Made by a program: the position numbers and the translations under genes. A DNA stretch of 64,000 nt from a virus (lineage: Duplodnaviria > Caudoviricetes): positions 1,134 through 65,133 of the IMG/VR virus record IMGVR_UViG_3300045972_000152; one strand, 5' to 3'. The notes below the pieces were generated by a model. The model was not told the origin of the DNA. It ran no database searches and saw nothing but the letters and a program-made list of their open reading frames with translations. Positions within the stretch are counted from its first letter, which is position 1. Every line of letters starts with the position of its first letter. Shown piece by piece: positions 20,477-29,904 of this stretch.

Positions 20477-20820
20477 TAGGATTTCCCCTTTGGTCTTATG
20501 CTGTGATGGTAACTGAGGAACGCTTCGTCTAAGGATTGGATATACGTTATGTAATCGTCCCTTTGATCTACGTTCCCTATATCGTACACAGACAGATATA
20601 AAGCAATTTCACTAAATGGAATATTGGCAGGACCGCCCATTGTTATCTGACGGCTACTGCTGAGGACTTGAAAAGCATCGTAGAATACAGCAAGATGATC
20701 TGACAGTTTCGGTTTTGCTTCTAGTGAAGGGGGGATTTCTCCCCCCTCCTGTGCTTGAGTGATAAGAAACTTTTCACGTTCCCCTCCCCATTGGAGTTGC
20801 CAGAGGAGGAACTTCTTTAG
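20476..20820 (-). CDS. tail assembly chaperone, -1 frameshift extension (gpGT-like)
   Basis: open -1 frame LKKFLLWQLQWGG...DAFQVLSSSRQITMGGPANIPFSEI...LDEAFL...KGKS*; its TAA overlaps the TMP ATG; missing from the ORF track. Confidence 0.8.
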   Translation of the reverse strand, partial: LKKFLLWQLQWGGEREKFLITQAQEGGEIPPSLEAKPKLSDHLAVFYDAFQVLSSSRQITMGGPANIPFSEIALYLSVYDIGNVDQRDDYITYIQSLDEAFLSYHHSIRPKGKS

Positions 20821-21284
20821 TTTCCCGAGTTTTCAGCAACCTCGATAGCGCGGAAGAGGCTGAAGTTTTCGGCCTGTGCTTTCACGTCCTGAAAGAGGCG
20901 AGGAATGTTTTTGAAGATGGTGCATACGCTGTCCCTGTTGTAGGGAAGCACGGCGCCATCCTCTGCCGGGACGCCGGTCACCCACTCCTCTTTCGGCTCG
21001 CCCTGTTCGCCTTCCTGAACTTCGATAACTTTTTTGGTTTCGAAGTTCAGGATGATTGAGTCAGCGTAGACTTCGCGGATCACCTGAGCGGCAACCTCAT
21101 CGTCCATGGTACCGATAGCAAGCTGGCGCTCGTAGGGCTTCAGGCGTGCGGAAAGCAGGTTCTTGAACTTCTTGTTGGAACCCCCGGCGTGAGCGATCTT
21201 TACACGAAAATCGCCGTAGTCGAGGATGATGCCTTCCTGCTCAAGTTTCTCATCGGTTTTGAACATTGCGTAGGGGTTTGCCAT
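20817..21284 (-). CDS. tail assembly chaperone (gpG-like)
   Basis: between tube and TMP; start MANPY with SD AAAAGGAGA. Confidence 0.8.
   Translation of the reverse strand: MANPYAMFKTDEKLEQEGIILDYGDFRVKIAHAGGSNKKFKNLLSARLKPYERQLAIGTMDDEVAAQVIREVYADSIILNFETKKVIEVQEGEQGEPKEEWVTGVPAEDGAVLPYNRDSVCTIFKNIPRLFQDVKAQAENFSLFRAIEVAENSGN
20820..20826 (-). other. programmed -1 frameshift slippery site G GGA AAC
   Basis: X XXY YYZ heptamer immediately before the chaperone stop codon. Confidence 0.8.
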
Positions 21285-21475
21285 GGTAATTCTCCTTTTG
21301 TTTCTTCGGGGTATAAGCCCCGGACAATTCCGGGGCAATTTGACTACGAAAAATGGTCTAGGTTAGGCTTTTGGCTACCGGTGTGGTTCTTTCCTTGCGT
21401 AAAGAAAAAAGAGGCGGTAAAAGGGCAATTCCCTACGTGCCGGGAAGCCATCAACACTCCGCCCCACCCCGACCT

Positions 21476-22660
21476 TTAAACGATTTTGTCGATCTGAAGC
21501 GTTGCGCCGCCGAACAGGCCACCGGCAGAACTGGGGTTACCTTCCACGGTGAAAGAAGCCATCACGTCCTGATTAGGACCACCGGCTACGATCTTGGGAT
21601 CCATCAGGGTAGCGTTAGCGAGGGTGAAGACGAAACCGGCCCCGTTAACGTCGCAAGCCGAGAAGGACAGCATCGACTTGGTTTCGTTCAGGTACTCGGT
21701 GTACTGGTTGAAGTCCTTGAAATACAGGTCCACGGAACCATTGACATCCAGAAGACCTTTTCTCATGCCCTGCGCGGCAGCAGAACCCATCGCCAACTGA
21801 GCGGCAGCGGACTGACCCTGCCATTTGAGGTCGATCTTCTGAATCTTGGCGGTAAGTGCGGCAGCACCGCGATATACCGCACCGAAACCGGTGGTGGTGT
21901 TGAACACGTCACCGGAAGCGGCGACAAGCTGCGCCCCGGTGGAACCATCAGCAGTAACGTTGAGCTGATCCTGAGCGAGGAAAGTCAGGTCACCAGAGAA
22001 GAAGCCGCCGGTTGCTCCCGATACACCGCCGCTGGTAGGCCACGCGCCCGGATATTGGAGAAACAGGCTGCTCGACAACATCTTCTGGATGAAGAAGGAT
22101 TGGAAGACGTTGGCGTTCAGCACTTTCTGGCCGTTGATGGTAATCGGGTCGCCCACAACCTTGGTTGCCGGGGGAGCCGGAAGTGTGGTGATCTTGCCAG
22201 CAACCACGCTGAGAACCTGATACAAACCGTTGATACCACCCGTCCCGGTAAAGCCACGAACCCGGAGCCACGAACCTGCGGTGACGTTGCCGGTGATGAA
22301 ACCGTTTCCGCTGTCAGTGAAACCGTCAGCAACGGCTGCGATGGTAGATGCCGCTATGTTAACGGCGGTCAGCGGGGTACCCATGATGGAAGCCGCCAAC
22401 ATATCGAACGGAGTTGCGTTCGACAAGGAGAACTTCAGGTCACCCTTGGTTTCGACCTTCTGGGTCACGGCTGCGGATACCTGACCAGAAGGGTTGATTT
22501 CGGACGGACGGCCACGCCCCTTAGTCTGGGTGAAGCCCTCGGAGTCCATCCGCAACTGCTGGAAAGCAACTGCGGGTTTGACGCCCCATGCTGCTTCGGG
22601 CGCGTAGGACATGCTGACATCATTGGACGATATTGCTGCGTTGTAACCGGTACTCGGCAT
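21476..22660 (-). CDS. major tail tube protein
   Basis: YAPE..WG..P N-terminus, G.LDVNGSVDLYF, GPNQDV motifs; SD GGAGGTGG. Confidence 0.85.
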   Translation of the reverse strand: MPSTGYNAAISSNDVSMSYAPEAAWGVKPAVAFQQLRMDSEGFTQTKGRGRPSEINPSGQVSAAVTQKVETKGDLKFSLSNATPFDMLAASIMGTPLTAVNIAASTIAAVADGFTDSGNGFITGNVTAGSWLRVRGFTGTGGINGLYQVLSVVAGKITTLPAPPATKVVGDPITINGQKVLNANVFQSFFIQKMLSSSLFLQYPGAWPTSGGVSGATGGFFSGDLTFLAQDQLNVTADGSTGAQLVAASGDVFNTTTGFGAVYRGAAALTAKIQKIDLKWQGQSAAAQLAMGSAAAQGMRKGLLDVNGSVDLYFKDFNQYTEYLNETKSMLSFSACDVNGAGFVFTLANATLMDPKIVAGGPNQDVMASFTVEGNPSSAGGLFGGATLQIDKIV

Positions 22661-22691
22661 TTCTCCACCTCCTGTTAGAATTAGTTATCGC

Positions 22692-23033
22692 TTACTGCTG
22701 GGTTTCTGCGGACCCTTCCTTCGGATTGGAGCGGGAACGACTGGGTTTGATGGTTGTGGCTTCCTCTTTCGGAGCCTCGTCGGTGGCTTCCTCTTTCGGA
22801 GCCTCGTCGGTGGTTTCTTCCTTGGGAGCCAGTTCTGCCCTACGGTCCACCACCTTACCCGCTTCGTCAATCTGGTCGGCCTTGTCCTGCATGACCAACG
22901 AGAGTTCCAAAGCGGTATCGGATTCGGTCAAAGCCTTGTCCAGCTTTTCGCTCTCTTCCGCTACGAGGGGGAAAGTTTCGCCCCTTCTGAACAGCCGCCC
23001 GTGGATGGTCTGATCTTCCTTCAGTCTGATCAT
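22692..23033 (-). CDS. small acidic protein with EEATDEAPK repeats
   Basis: SD AAAGGAGA; between tail terminator and tube genes. Confidence 0.65.
   Translation of the reverse strand: MIRLKEDQTIHGRLFRRGETFPLVAEESEKLDKALTESDTALELSLVMQDKADQIDEAGKVVDRRAELAPKEETTDEAPKEEATDEAPKEEATTIKPSRSRSNPKEGSAETQQ
22756..22830. repeat. 27-bp coding tandem repeat (2 full copies plus a partial degenerate copy)
   Basis: unit gtggcttcctctttcggagcctcgtcg. Confidence 0.85.
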
Positions 23034-23057
23034 CAGTTTTCTCCTTTCGTTTAGAGG

Positions 23058-23489
23058 TTATTTCAACTCGTCCCGGTAAAAGGGAATTGATACATTCACC
23101 TGATACCACCCATTTTTATCAACGCCTATATCTTTCGTTGCGCCGATCAAGCATTTGAAGTTCGTACCAATAAATCCGTTAAATATCTGTTCAACTTTAT
23201 CAGCAAGAGCGAGTCCGGGGAGATTACCCTTACCCAACCCTGTAAAACATTGCACCACGATGGTTCCTGTGTAGCGTACTATATTGTTTCCCGGCGACCC
23301 TATGCTTTTTTGCAGAGAGTAAGGAGCGCCGGGAGGTGGGTCATCGAGTATGTTGAACCGGACCCACTTTGAGTCAGGCAGTTGGTCAGGCGGGTTAAAA
23401 GTGACGTTAGGCCAACTGATAGTAGTCAACCCGTTCCACTCCTGATTGAACCGCCTTCCTATTTCTACATGCTCAGTCAGGATACTCAT
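23058..23489 (-). CDS. tail terminator / completion protein
   Basis: WPNV.F.PP, WVRF, WYQVNVSIPF motifs; synteny. Confidence 0.75.
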   Translation of the reverse strand: MSILTEHVEIGRRFNQEWNGLTTISWPNVTFNPPDQLPDSKWVRFNILDDPPPGAPYSLQKSIGSPGNNIVRYTGTIVVQCFTGLGKGNLPGLALADKVEQIFNGFIGTNFKCLIGATKDIGVDKNGWYQVNVSIPFYRDELK

Positions 23490-23911
23490 AAGTTATCAAC
23501 CTCTATTTGAAGCTGGTTAAGCGCCCCTTGCATCATCCCTGTCGGAGCCTGAGAACTATGACCGTCCTCCAAGACTTCGATATACGGAACGTTGTTGTAA
23601 ACCCAAATAACCGGCTTATCTGGTATCTTGAACAGCGCCCCTTTAACGTCAAATGGGGGAACCGTTGTCGGTATTCCATCTTTCGGACGAGTACCTATCG
23701 GTTCGGTGGGGCAGTTCCAACCTATGAATACCGCCCAGTTATTTCTCGCCCAACCAGTATCAACCGGAGTTTTGGGGCCTGAAGAAGAACCCGCCACAAC
23801 GAAACTGTGAAGCTTAAACGCAATGCGACCACACAGCTTTGCATGGTCCTTTATCACTTGGCCTTTATAGTTCTCAAGGCTCAGTTTAAATTCTTTGACA
23901 TTCTTTATCAC
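23486..23911 (-). CDS. HK97 gp10-like tail completion protein
   Basis: TPVDTGWARNNW and NNVPYIEVLEDGHSSQAP.G. Confidence 0.85.
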   Translation of the reverse strand: MIKNVKEFKLSLENYKGQVIKDHAKLCGRIAFKLHSFVVAGSSSGPKTPVDTGWARNNWAVFIGWNCPTEPIGTRPKDGIPTTVPPFDVKGALFKIPDKPVIWVYNNVPYIEVLEDGHSSQAPTGMMQGALNQLQIEVDNL

Positions 23912-23915
23912 TGTG

Positions 23916-24281
23916 TTAAGACCTGAGTTGCAAACTGTAGGTAACCGCTACACCACCGGGAGCAAGTGGAGTGCAGTTAATCACCTGCCATACCTCCCCA
24001 CTCATGATAACTATATGTTCGGGTAAGGGCCTCACGGCTAAACCGGAAGCCGATATCAAAATCTTCTTATCACCGTTCTGAATCACGGTGCCGTCAACTT
24101 CACTAAGCTTATACTCCTCAGCGATACCCTTTATCGGGTAGTCGGTAGTTACAGGGTCAGCCGTTAAGCGAGTATCCGGGTCATAGGCACCCGGAGTAAT
24201 GACCCGGAGGGTCATGGCCTGTCCGTACTTGGCAATGAGTTTCTTAGCGACACCATCGCGCTGTCTTTCGTAGAATCCCAT
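23916..24281 (-). CDS. head closure / head-tail joining protein
   Basis: LIAKYGQ, YDP, VDGTVIQNGDKK, LQLR motifs. Confidence 0.75.
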   Translation of the reverse strand: MGFYERQRDGVAKKLIAKYGQAMTLRVITPGAYDPDTRLTADPVTTDYPIKGIAEEYKLSEVDGTVIQNGDKKILISASGLAVRPLPEHIVIMSGEVWQVINCTPLAPGGVAVTYSLQLRS

Positions 24282-24706
24282 TAGCTTTGCCCTATATCGT
24301 TACCATCGTCAATCAATCCGCCGATGCTGTAGTTACTACCGGTGTTGTCGGTCATGCCGTCACTGAATATGGATGATCCGGGTATTGCCCCGGTAACTGT
24401 CAACGTTCTGCGGCGGGAAGCTTCCCGCTTGAGTTCTGCCGCCAGCTTGGAGTACGCCACGGCTCGCCCGTTTGCTTGTTCCCAAATTGGGCCTATCTTA
24501 ACCATGTCAGCCTGAGTTGCAAAAAAGGCCGATACGGATAAAGCCACCTGTGCGGCGGCGGCGAAGAGATTCGTGTATTGGAGAAGGGACCATGCTATCT
24601 CTTCATCCTGAACAAGAGGCGCGTCCGCTTGGGTATCACCAACAAGGAAGCGGATTGCGTCCTTGCCGTTCTCGTTCAGTTTCGTCAGGTCATAAGTCCA
24701 TGCCAT
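24281..24706 (-). CDS. head-tail adaptor
   Basis: IRFLVGDT...DEEI motif; synteny. Confidence 0.75.
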   Translation of the reverse strand: MAWTYDLTKLNENGKDAIRFLVGDTQADAPLVQDEEIAWSLLQYTNLFAAAAQVALSVSAFFATQADMVKIGPIWEQANGRAVAYSKLAAELKREASRRRTLTVTGAIPGSSIFSDGMTDNTGSNYSIGGLIDDGNDIGQS

Positions 24707-24720
24707 GATAGTAACCTCTT

Positions 24721-24740
24721 GGGGGCGGAAACCCGCCCCC
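24721..24740. terminator. GC hairpin after the capsid-accessory genes (terminator or processing signal)
   Basis: gggggcgg-aaac-ccgccccc; no long U-tract. Confidence 0.45.
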
Positions 24741-24759
24741 TTGATGAAGTTGTTGATGG

Positions 24760-25236
24760 TTACGGTTTGTAATCCCCGGCAACGGTCTTGCGGGAGACTG
24801 CGATGATTCCGAGGCTGGGAAGGCTGGCACCCACGTACAAGAGTACGGGGGTTGCGTCATCCAGAAGGGCAATGGTCGCGGTACCGTCCGACTTGGTGAT
24901 GATTCGGAATGCCTTGTTGGCGGTCAGTGCGCCGAGGGAGAGGCCGTTGGCTGCTTTGACCCCTGCCGAGGTGTTGGGGGCGGCTGCGGCCAAGGTAGAG
25001 CCATCAGCGTTATCGGAGAGCCACACGTCCATTGCCCACGCACCCGGAATGATATTTCCGTCCGAGTCGCAGACCTGAACTTGCACTTCTGCGCCGTACT
25101 GGGTTGCACTCTGAGCGTAGGAAAAAAGAAGCTGGGTCGGGATCATCGGAGCCTTCCCCAGTTTCAACTCATCGGCTGCAATTGCCCCTCTCCACCGTTG
25201 TACGAAACCTGTCTTCTTGGAACCCATTGATATCAC
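24760..25236 (-). CDS. putative capsid accessory / decoration protein
   Basis: Ala/Gly beta-rich; downstream of MCP. Confidence 0.5.
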   Translation of the reverse strand: MISMGSKKTGFVQRWRGAIAADELKLGKAPMIPTQLLFSYAQSATQYGAEVQVQVCDSDGNIIPGAWAMDVWLSDNADGSTLAAAAPNTSAGVKAANGLSLGALTANKAFRIITKSDGTATIALLDDATPVLLYVGASLPSLGIIAVSRKTVAGDYKP

Positions 25237-25262
25237 CTACCTTTGTTTTGGATTTGTGATTC

Positions 25263-25868
25263 TTACTCGCCGGGGGCGAGGTGAGCGAGGAGTCCGAGTT
25301 CAGTCATCAAATCCCAGACGCCGGGGAAGTCCGCTTCGAAGAGGCCCTTATCTTCGTCCGCGATAGTGGAAGACACGTTGTTCTCGTCATCGAGGCCGAC
25401 AAGGGCGGAAGCGGCTTTTACAGCTTCGCTAAGTTCCGCTTCCGGCAGTTCGATGTTGACAGCGGGATCAAGCTTCAAAATCCCGTTCAGGGCGTTCGCA
25501 ACGTCCTGAAGCTTACCGAGGGTTGCGGCGGGGTCCGTTCCGGCCTCAGAAGCGGTTTTTTCGCCGCCTTCGGGGCTTCCCTGTTCGCCGGTAGAGGTTT
25601 CGGGGGCCGGGGCGGGAGTTGTTTTGCTTCCGCCCCGCTTTGCCGACTTGGTTTCGGTCTGAGTTTCCGATGTACGAGCGGAAACCTCTTCGCTCTCAAG
25701 CGGCCCAAACCATTCGATTTTGTGCTCAACATGGAGCGCCATTCTGTTTCTCAGGGGCCATTCCATGACCATTTCAGGGGTTAGGACGCCGTCCTTGATG
25801 AACGTCATCCCTCCCCCCTTAAAAGGCCGCAGGACGCGCCCCCCGTACTCACCGTAATTTTGGCTCAT
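25263..25868 (-). CDS. hypothetical protein; C-terminal helical domain resembles domains in ORFs 37129 and 55468
   Basis: SD AAAAGGAGGT; low-complexity linker, then LQDVANALNGILKLDP...LMTELGL. Confidence 0.7.
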   Translation of the reverse strand: MSQNYGEYGGRVLRPFKGGGMTFIKDGVLTPEMVMEWPLRNRMALHVEHKIEWFGPLESEEVSARTSETQTETKSAKRGGSKTTPAPAPETSTGEQGSPEGGEKTASEAGTDPAATLGKLQDVANALNGILKLDPAVNIELPEAELSEAVKAASALVGLDDENNVSSTIADEDKGLFEADFPGVWDLMTELGLLAHLAPGE

Positions 25869-25884
25869 CGGGGGTTACCTCCTT

Positions 25885-26847
25885 TTAGGCTACCGTGGCA
25901 GAGAAGAAGTAGCCCATGTCGGAAGCCACCTGTTTCATCGCCAGCGCCATTTCGTTTTCGACACGTTCCGATTTCAGATGCTGCATACGGAAACGAGCCG
26001 AGGTGATACCGGCGTTGTTCAGGCCAGTGAGGCCAGCCCACGAGAAGATGTATCCGGCAGTCGGCTGGAGCAGGGACGGCGAGGGAGCCGAGTAGCACAG
26101 GAGGCAGCACTTCGGAGCAACCATCGCCATGACCGGATTGGCAACGGTTTCGTCAGAAGTGGAGTACACCGCCTGAGATACCACGTAATCCTTGACTTCG
26201 AAGTACGCCGCCAGCATGTCGGCGGTGACGCTCGCCTTGCCGCTGATAGCGAAACGCTGAAGGATGAGCGGGTGTTTCTTCAGGGCTTCGTGGGTGTAGA
26301 TGTCCACGACCATCTTGTTCGGCGCGTAGCCGGTGTTGTTGAGGATTTTCAAGCGTGCGTTCTTGGTATCCTCAGCGGGGTCGGAACCGGCTTCGTCGTC
26401 CCACTGGGTGAAGTTGACGCCGCCGGTAGCATCCGTACCCCAGACGCCGGTTTTCATGAAGGCATCCATGAACAGACGCTCGCGTCGGATGAGAAGCTGG
26501 TTCATGCAGAACTGCGATGCATCGCGGAAAGGGTCAATCCCGGCGTCGGAGTTGGCAACGGTATCGTCATCAACATCCTTGTGGAATGCCCACTTGTCGC
26601 AGTAGTAGGCATCAGTGCCGAGCTTGTACCCGGAACCTGCGGACTCGGTACCCGGAGCACGCATCTGCGCCTGATCCCGGAAGAAGGCCCCTTTTTCGTA
26701 GGTCCAGTATTTGTTGCTCTGCTTGTCCACCGGCACGATGGGAAACACCTTATCGGCGATGAAGTTGCTTGCGTCCTGAACGTAGGCCACCGAAATGTTG
26801 GTAAGGGCTACGTCAATATGGACATCGCTAACGGACGGTTGCGGCAT
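25885..26847 (-). CDS. major capsid protein
   Basis: HIDVALTNISVAY...FIADKVFPIVPV pattern; synteny; GC-rich codon usage. Confidence 0.9.
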   Translation of the reverse strand: MPQPSVSDVHIDVALTNISVAYVQDASNFIADKVFPIVPVDKQSNKYWTYEKGAFFRDQAQMRAPGTESAGSGYKLGTDAYYCDKWAFHKDVDDDTVANSDAGIDPFRDASQFCMNQLLIRRERLFMDAFMKTGVWGTDATGGVNFTQWDDEAGSDPAEDTKNARLKILNNTGYAPNKMVVDIYTHEALKKHPLILQRFAISGKASVTADMLAAYFEVKDYVVSQAVYSTSDETVANPVMAMVAPKCCLLCYSAPSPSLLQPTAGYIFSWAGLTGLNNAGITSARFRMQHLKSERVENEMALAMKQVASDMGYFFSATVA

Positions 26848-26889
26848 AGTCTCAATCCCCCTTTAATGGATTTGTGAAGCTGTTGGTTG

Positions 26890-27279
26890 TTATGCTTTGG
26901 TTGCGCCAGTTGCGTGGCCGATGAGGATAGTTGCCAGTTTTCCGGCAGCAGCTCCGATGAGTACCACACCGGCAACCGCCTTGTTGGCTGCATAGGCGAT
27001 TGCTGCGCCGTTGGCGTCCGACTGCACGTAGGCCCCGGCTGCGAGATCGGCGGCACCCACGATTACCTTGCTGACGCCGGTCACCATGATTTCCCCCGGC
27101 TTGCCGGATTTCGGCTTGTCCTGAAGTACGCCGATTGCCGGTTCGCCGGATACGCTGCACACGACGAATTCAGCATCGTTGCCGCTCGACTTCATGAAGC
27201 GGAACTGCTTGGCACCATCGGAATAGTCCGCAGCCGCTTTCATGAAACCGACTTTGAATCCCGGTTGTTCGATTGCCAT
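26890..27279 (-). CDS. capsid decoration / cement protein (DUF2190-like)
   Basis: AIGVLQDKP..G, G.SKV..GA, SDANGAAI pattern; upstream of MCP. Confidence 0.75.
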   Translation of the reverse strand: MAIEQPGFKVGFMKAAADYSDGAKQFRFMKSSGNDAEFVVCSVSGEPAIGVLQDKPKSGKPGEIMVTGVSKVIVGAADLAAGAYVQSDANGAAIAYAANKAVAGVVLIGAAAGKLATILIGHATGATKA

Positions 27280-27338
27280 TTCTTCTTTCCCCCTTTACTT
27301 GGATTTGTTGATGGTTACTGGAAGGCGCCACACGCCGG

Positions 27339-28379
27339 TTACTTGCGTTCTGCGAGGTACTCCGTGCGGAGTTCGTGGTCGGTGTCGTAAACGTGGGTCC
27401 ACGCCTTTTCGATGGTGCCGAGGGTGGGGTTGGTCTTCAACTCCTCCTTGGCCTTCTGGGTGATCTTGTCGGCGGCGGTGACACCGTTGGTGTTATCACC
27501 GTTATCGCGGCCAGCTTCTTTGAAGAGGCCACCGGTCTTGATACGTGCATCAGCGGCCTTCAAAACATCGAAGACCTTACCGGCGAGGTCTTTGTCCTTC
27601 TTGGCGATGGACTTCAGGAGGTCACCGATTTCCTCCACCTTGCCGACCGTGCCGATTGCAGCGGCCTTCCCGATGTATTCGCGGGTCAGTTCGCCGTCCT
27701 GCATCTTTTCGATGAGTTCGCTGTCCGCTTCGGCTTTTTCCACGATTGCCAGCAGGGCCGGAGACAGGGCCGACTTGTCGATGGCGGCTTCCTTGGTGGT
27801 CGGCATTTTCTGGCCGCAGGTCTTGCAGGTTTCCCCGGCAACGGGTTTGGCCTTCAGGGTTTCGACTTCGCCCTTCAGGGTTGCGTTTTCGGACTTCAGT
27901 GCGGTTACTTCGGCCTGTGCGTCATCGCGTTCTTTCGTGATCTTTGCCAACGGCATGTTCTCATCCCCCTTTGTGAGTGTGGTCATTGCTTCGCAGAACT
28001 GGGCAATGGTTGCTTGAATCATTGATGTTTTGTCAGCGGAGGGGTCATTGACAATGGAAGATATCGAATCCTCCAAAGTGTAGACCAAATCCCACATCTG
28101 ACTACGAATTTCGCGGTTGGCGACTATTACATCGAACATGACCGCATCACCATCGCCTTTAACGATGAGGTCTTTGTTTTCGTGGAGCCACTTAGCAAGA
28201 GCTTCTTCCTGCTCGTTACCAACGTACTCCTTGCCAAGGGAGATAATGGAAGGTTCACGTTTGATCTTCAGCAGCACAACGTCTGCTTCCGGGTTATCTC
28301 CGTTGCCCACGAACGATATCTCGTTCAGGACCACCTTGGACAGCCGCTCTTTCGGGGTTACTGCCGTTGTCCTCGCCAT
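27339..28379 (-). CDS. scaffolding protein, probable internal start at 27956
   Basis: EISFVGNGDNP N-terminal segment, coiled coil; internal SD AAAGGGGGA plus ATG, same SD as MCP. Confidence 0.75.
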   Translation of the reverse strand: MARTTAVTPKERLSKVVLNEISFVGNGDNPEADVVLLKIKREPSIISLGKEYVGNEQEEALAKWLHENKDLIVKGDGDAVMFDVIVANREIRSQMWDLVYTLEDSISSIVNDPSADKTSMIQATIAQFCEAMTTLTKGDENMPLAKITKERDDAQAEVTALKSENATLKGEVETLKAKPVAGETCKTCGQKMPTTKEAAIDKSALSPALLAIVEKAEADSELIEKMQDGELTREYIGKAAAIGTVGKVEEIGDLLKSIAKKDKDLAGKVFDVLKAADARIKTGGLFKEAGRDNGDNTNGVTAADKITQKAKEELKTNPTLGTIEKAWTHVYDTDHELRTEYLAERK

Positions 28380-28380
28380 G

Positions 28381-28812
28381 TTATAGTGCCTCCACTTTTC
28401 CGGTACCGCCGATACTGAACATCGACAGTCCGCCTTTTTCGCCCTTCAGGCCCTTCTGCACTTTCTCAAGAAGGTCAGGGTCGTTGATCCTCATTCCGAT
28501 GAACCATGCCTCAATCGGCTCACCATCTTTCATCAGTTCGATGCCAAGAGCGTCCTGAACGTCCTGATCGAAGACCAAGGACTCAACTAACTCTGCCGCC
28601 CCCTGAGTTTCAGAATCGTGGCTTTCAGCCCCGATACGGCAGTCAGTCACGAATTGATGGGCAGTTTTTCGAACTTCGTCGATACCCCAAATCTGCTTGG
28701 AGTGGTCAACTACCGGCTCACCGCCCTTCTTGGACACATAAGCAAACCCGTAGGCAACCTTTGTATCCTCTGCAACTTTCGTAATCCTGAATGTCTTTTG
28801 AACATTAGCCAT
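28381..28812 (-). CDS. prohead serine protease (XkdF-like)
   Basis: AYGFAY, ESH, LVES, W, MFSIGG motifs. Confidence 0.8.
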   Translation of the reverse strand: MANVQKTFRITKVAEDTKVAYGFAYVSKKGGEPVVDHSKQIWGIDEVRKTAHQFVTDCRIGAESHDSETQGAAELVESLVFDQDVQDALGIELMKDGEPIEAWFIGMRINDPDLLEKVQKGLKGEKGGLSMFSIGGTGKVEAL

Positions 28813-28899
28813 GTCTGCTATCTCCTTTGACTGTTGATGCCCTTACGTTATATTTTTATTTTAGTGAACCAAATGTTCATTTTCGCCTTTTGTGTCTAT

Positions 28900-29904
28900 T
28901 TAAAATTTATTACCAATTTGTCCTATCACAAGTACACAACGACAGTTAATAAATCCGGGGTTACGGGTGCCGGGACCGGTCACTAAACCATGGGGTGTGA
29001 CAAAGTAACCTCCGATTTTTACACCGTTTGGATTCATCGAAGGAATGGGTTGGTGGGTTTGGCGTACCCGTGCATCACCAGCAGTCAACCAAAACTGTCG
29101 ATCTATCTCGTCACTCAAGAATCCAGCATCCCGCGCTTGCTGCCAAAGTTCAAGCTGGCCGTTATTGACGGCGTTAAGAGATTCGGTACGTGCAATATCA
29201 AGTGCGCGCTTATTCACCAAAGAGACATAATACCGTTCAACTAGATTATCTATTTCAGCATCAGAAAGGTGACCTATTTTCATGTGCCTACGAATAACAG
29301 ATTGATCCACCGCGCTCAAACGTCTTTCATCAGGAGGGGTAAAACCGAGTATCTGTCTGGTTTCAAGTTGTCGCCTGAAGTTCATGACCGCAATGGCCTG
29401 AGAATCGGTCAACCCGATAAGTTGTCGTATCTCATAAACCTGCTTCGCAGGAGGAAGGTTGTCAGCCAAAGAACGGGCAATAAGCGACCTCACCCCTTGC
29501 TTAGTGGTATCGGTAATCTCCTGCACCATTTCTGCTCCGTCCTTGACCATAAAGTTAACGGCTCGCTGGTTCAAGGAGTTGAAGGCCAACGCTGTTTGAA
29601 TCGGTAGTGGAAGTCCCGATAATGCTGTTATCGCTCCTACACTAAAAACGTCACGGGTCAGTTCAGTGAACACATAATGAGTTGGACCCATACCGATACC
29701 AAATAGCAGATTAGACAAATCATCAACATGAGTAGCTGCAATTGCCGCATCAGTATCCCCATTTGACAACGCAACAGAAAGCGCATCAACATCAACTAGC
29801 TTGGAGCGCAGTTCGTTAATAGCCTGAACGGCGGCTGTCTTCAGCTTGGGTACCTGAGAATCAGCCGCCGCAAGAATTACCGCCTCTTTAGTCTTATCGG
29901 ACAT
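28900..29904 (-). CDS. Mu gpF / SPP1 gp7-like minor head protein
   Basis: RALDIARTES, W.TAGDARVRQTH, INCRC. Confidence 0.85.
   Translation of the reverse strand: MSDKTKEAVILAAADSQVPKLKTAAVQAINELRSKLVDVDALSVALSNGDTDAAIAATHVDDLSNLLFGIGMGPTHYVFTELTRDVFSVGAITALSGLPLPIQTALAFNSLNQRAVNFMVKDGAEMVQEITDTTKQGVRSLIARSLADNLPPAKQVYEIRQLIGLTDSQAIAVMNFRRQLETRQILGFTPPDERRLSAVDQSVIRRHMKIGHLSDAEIDNLVERYYVSLVNKRALDIARTESLNAVNNGQLELWQQARDAGFLSDEIDRQFWLTAGDARVRQTHQPIPSMNPNGVKIGGYFVTPHGLVTGPGTRNPGFINCRCVLVIGQIGNKF

Noticed and set aside
21371-22678. 435-aa + strand ORF
   Set aside because: Antisense shadow of the GC-rich tail tube gene; no motifs or SD.
25978-28025. Long + strand ORFs (299, 167, 216, 201 aa)
   Set aside because: Antisense shadows of capsid, decoration and scaffold genes caused by codon bias.
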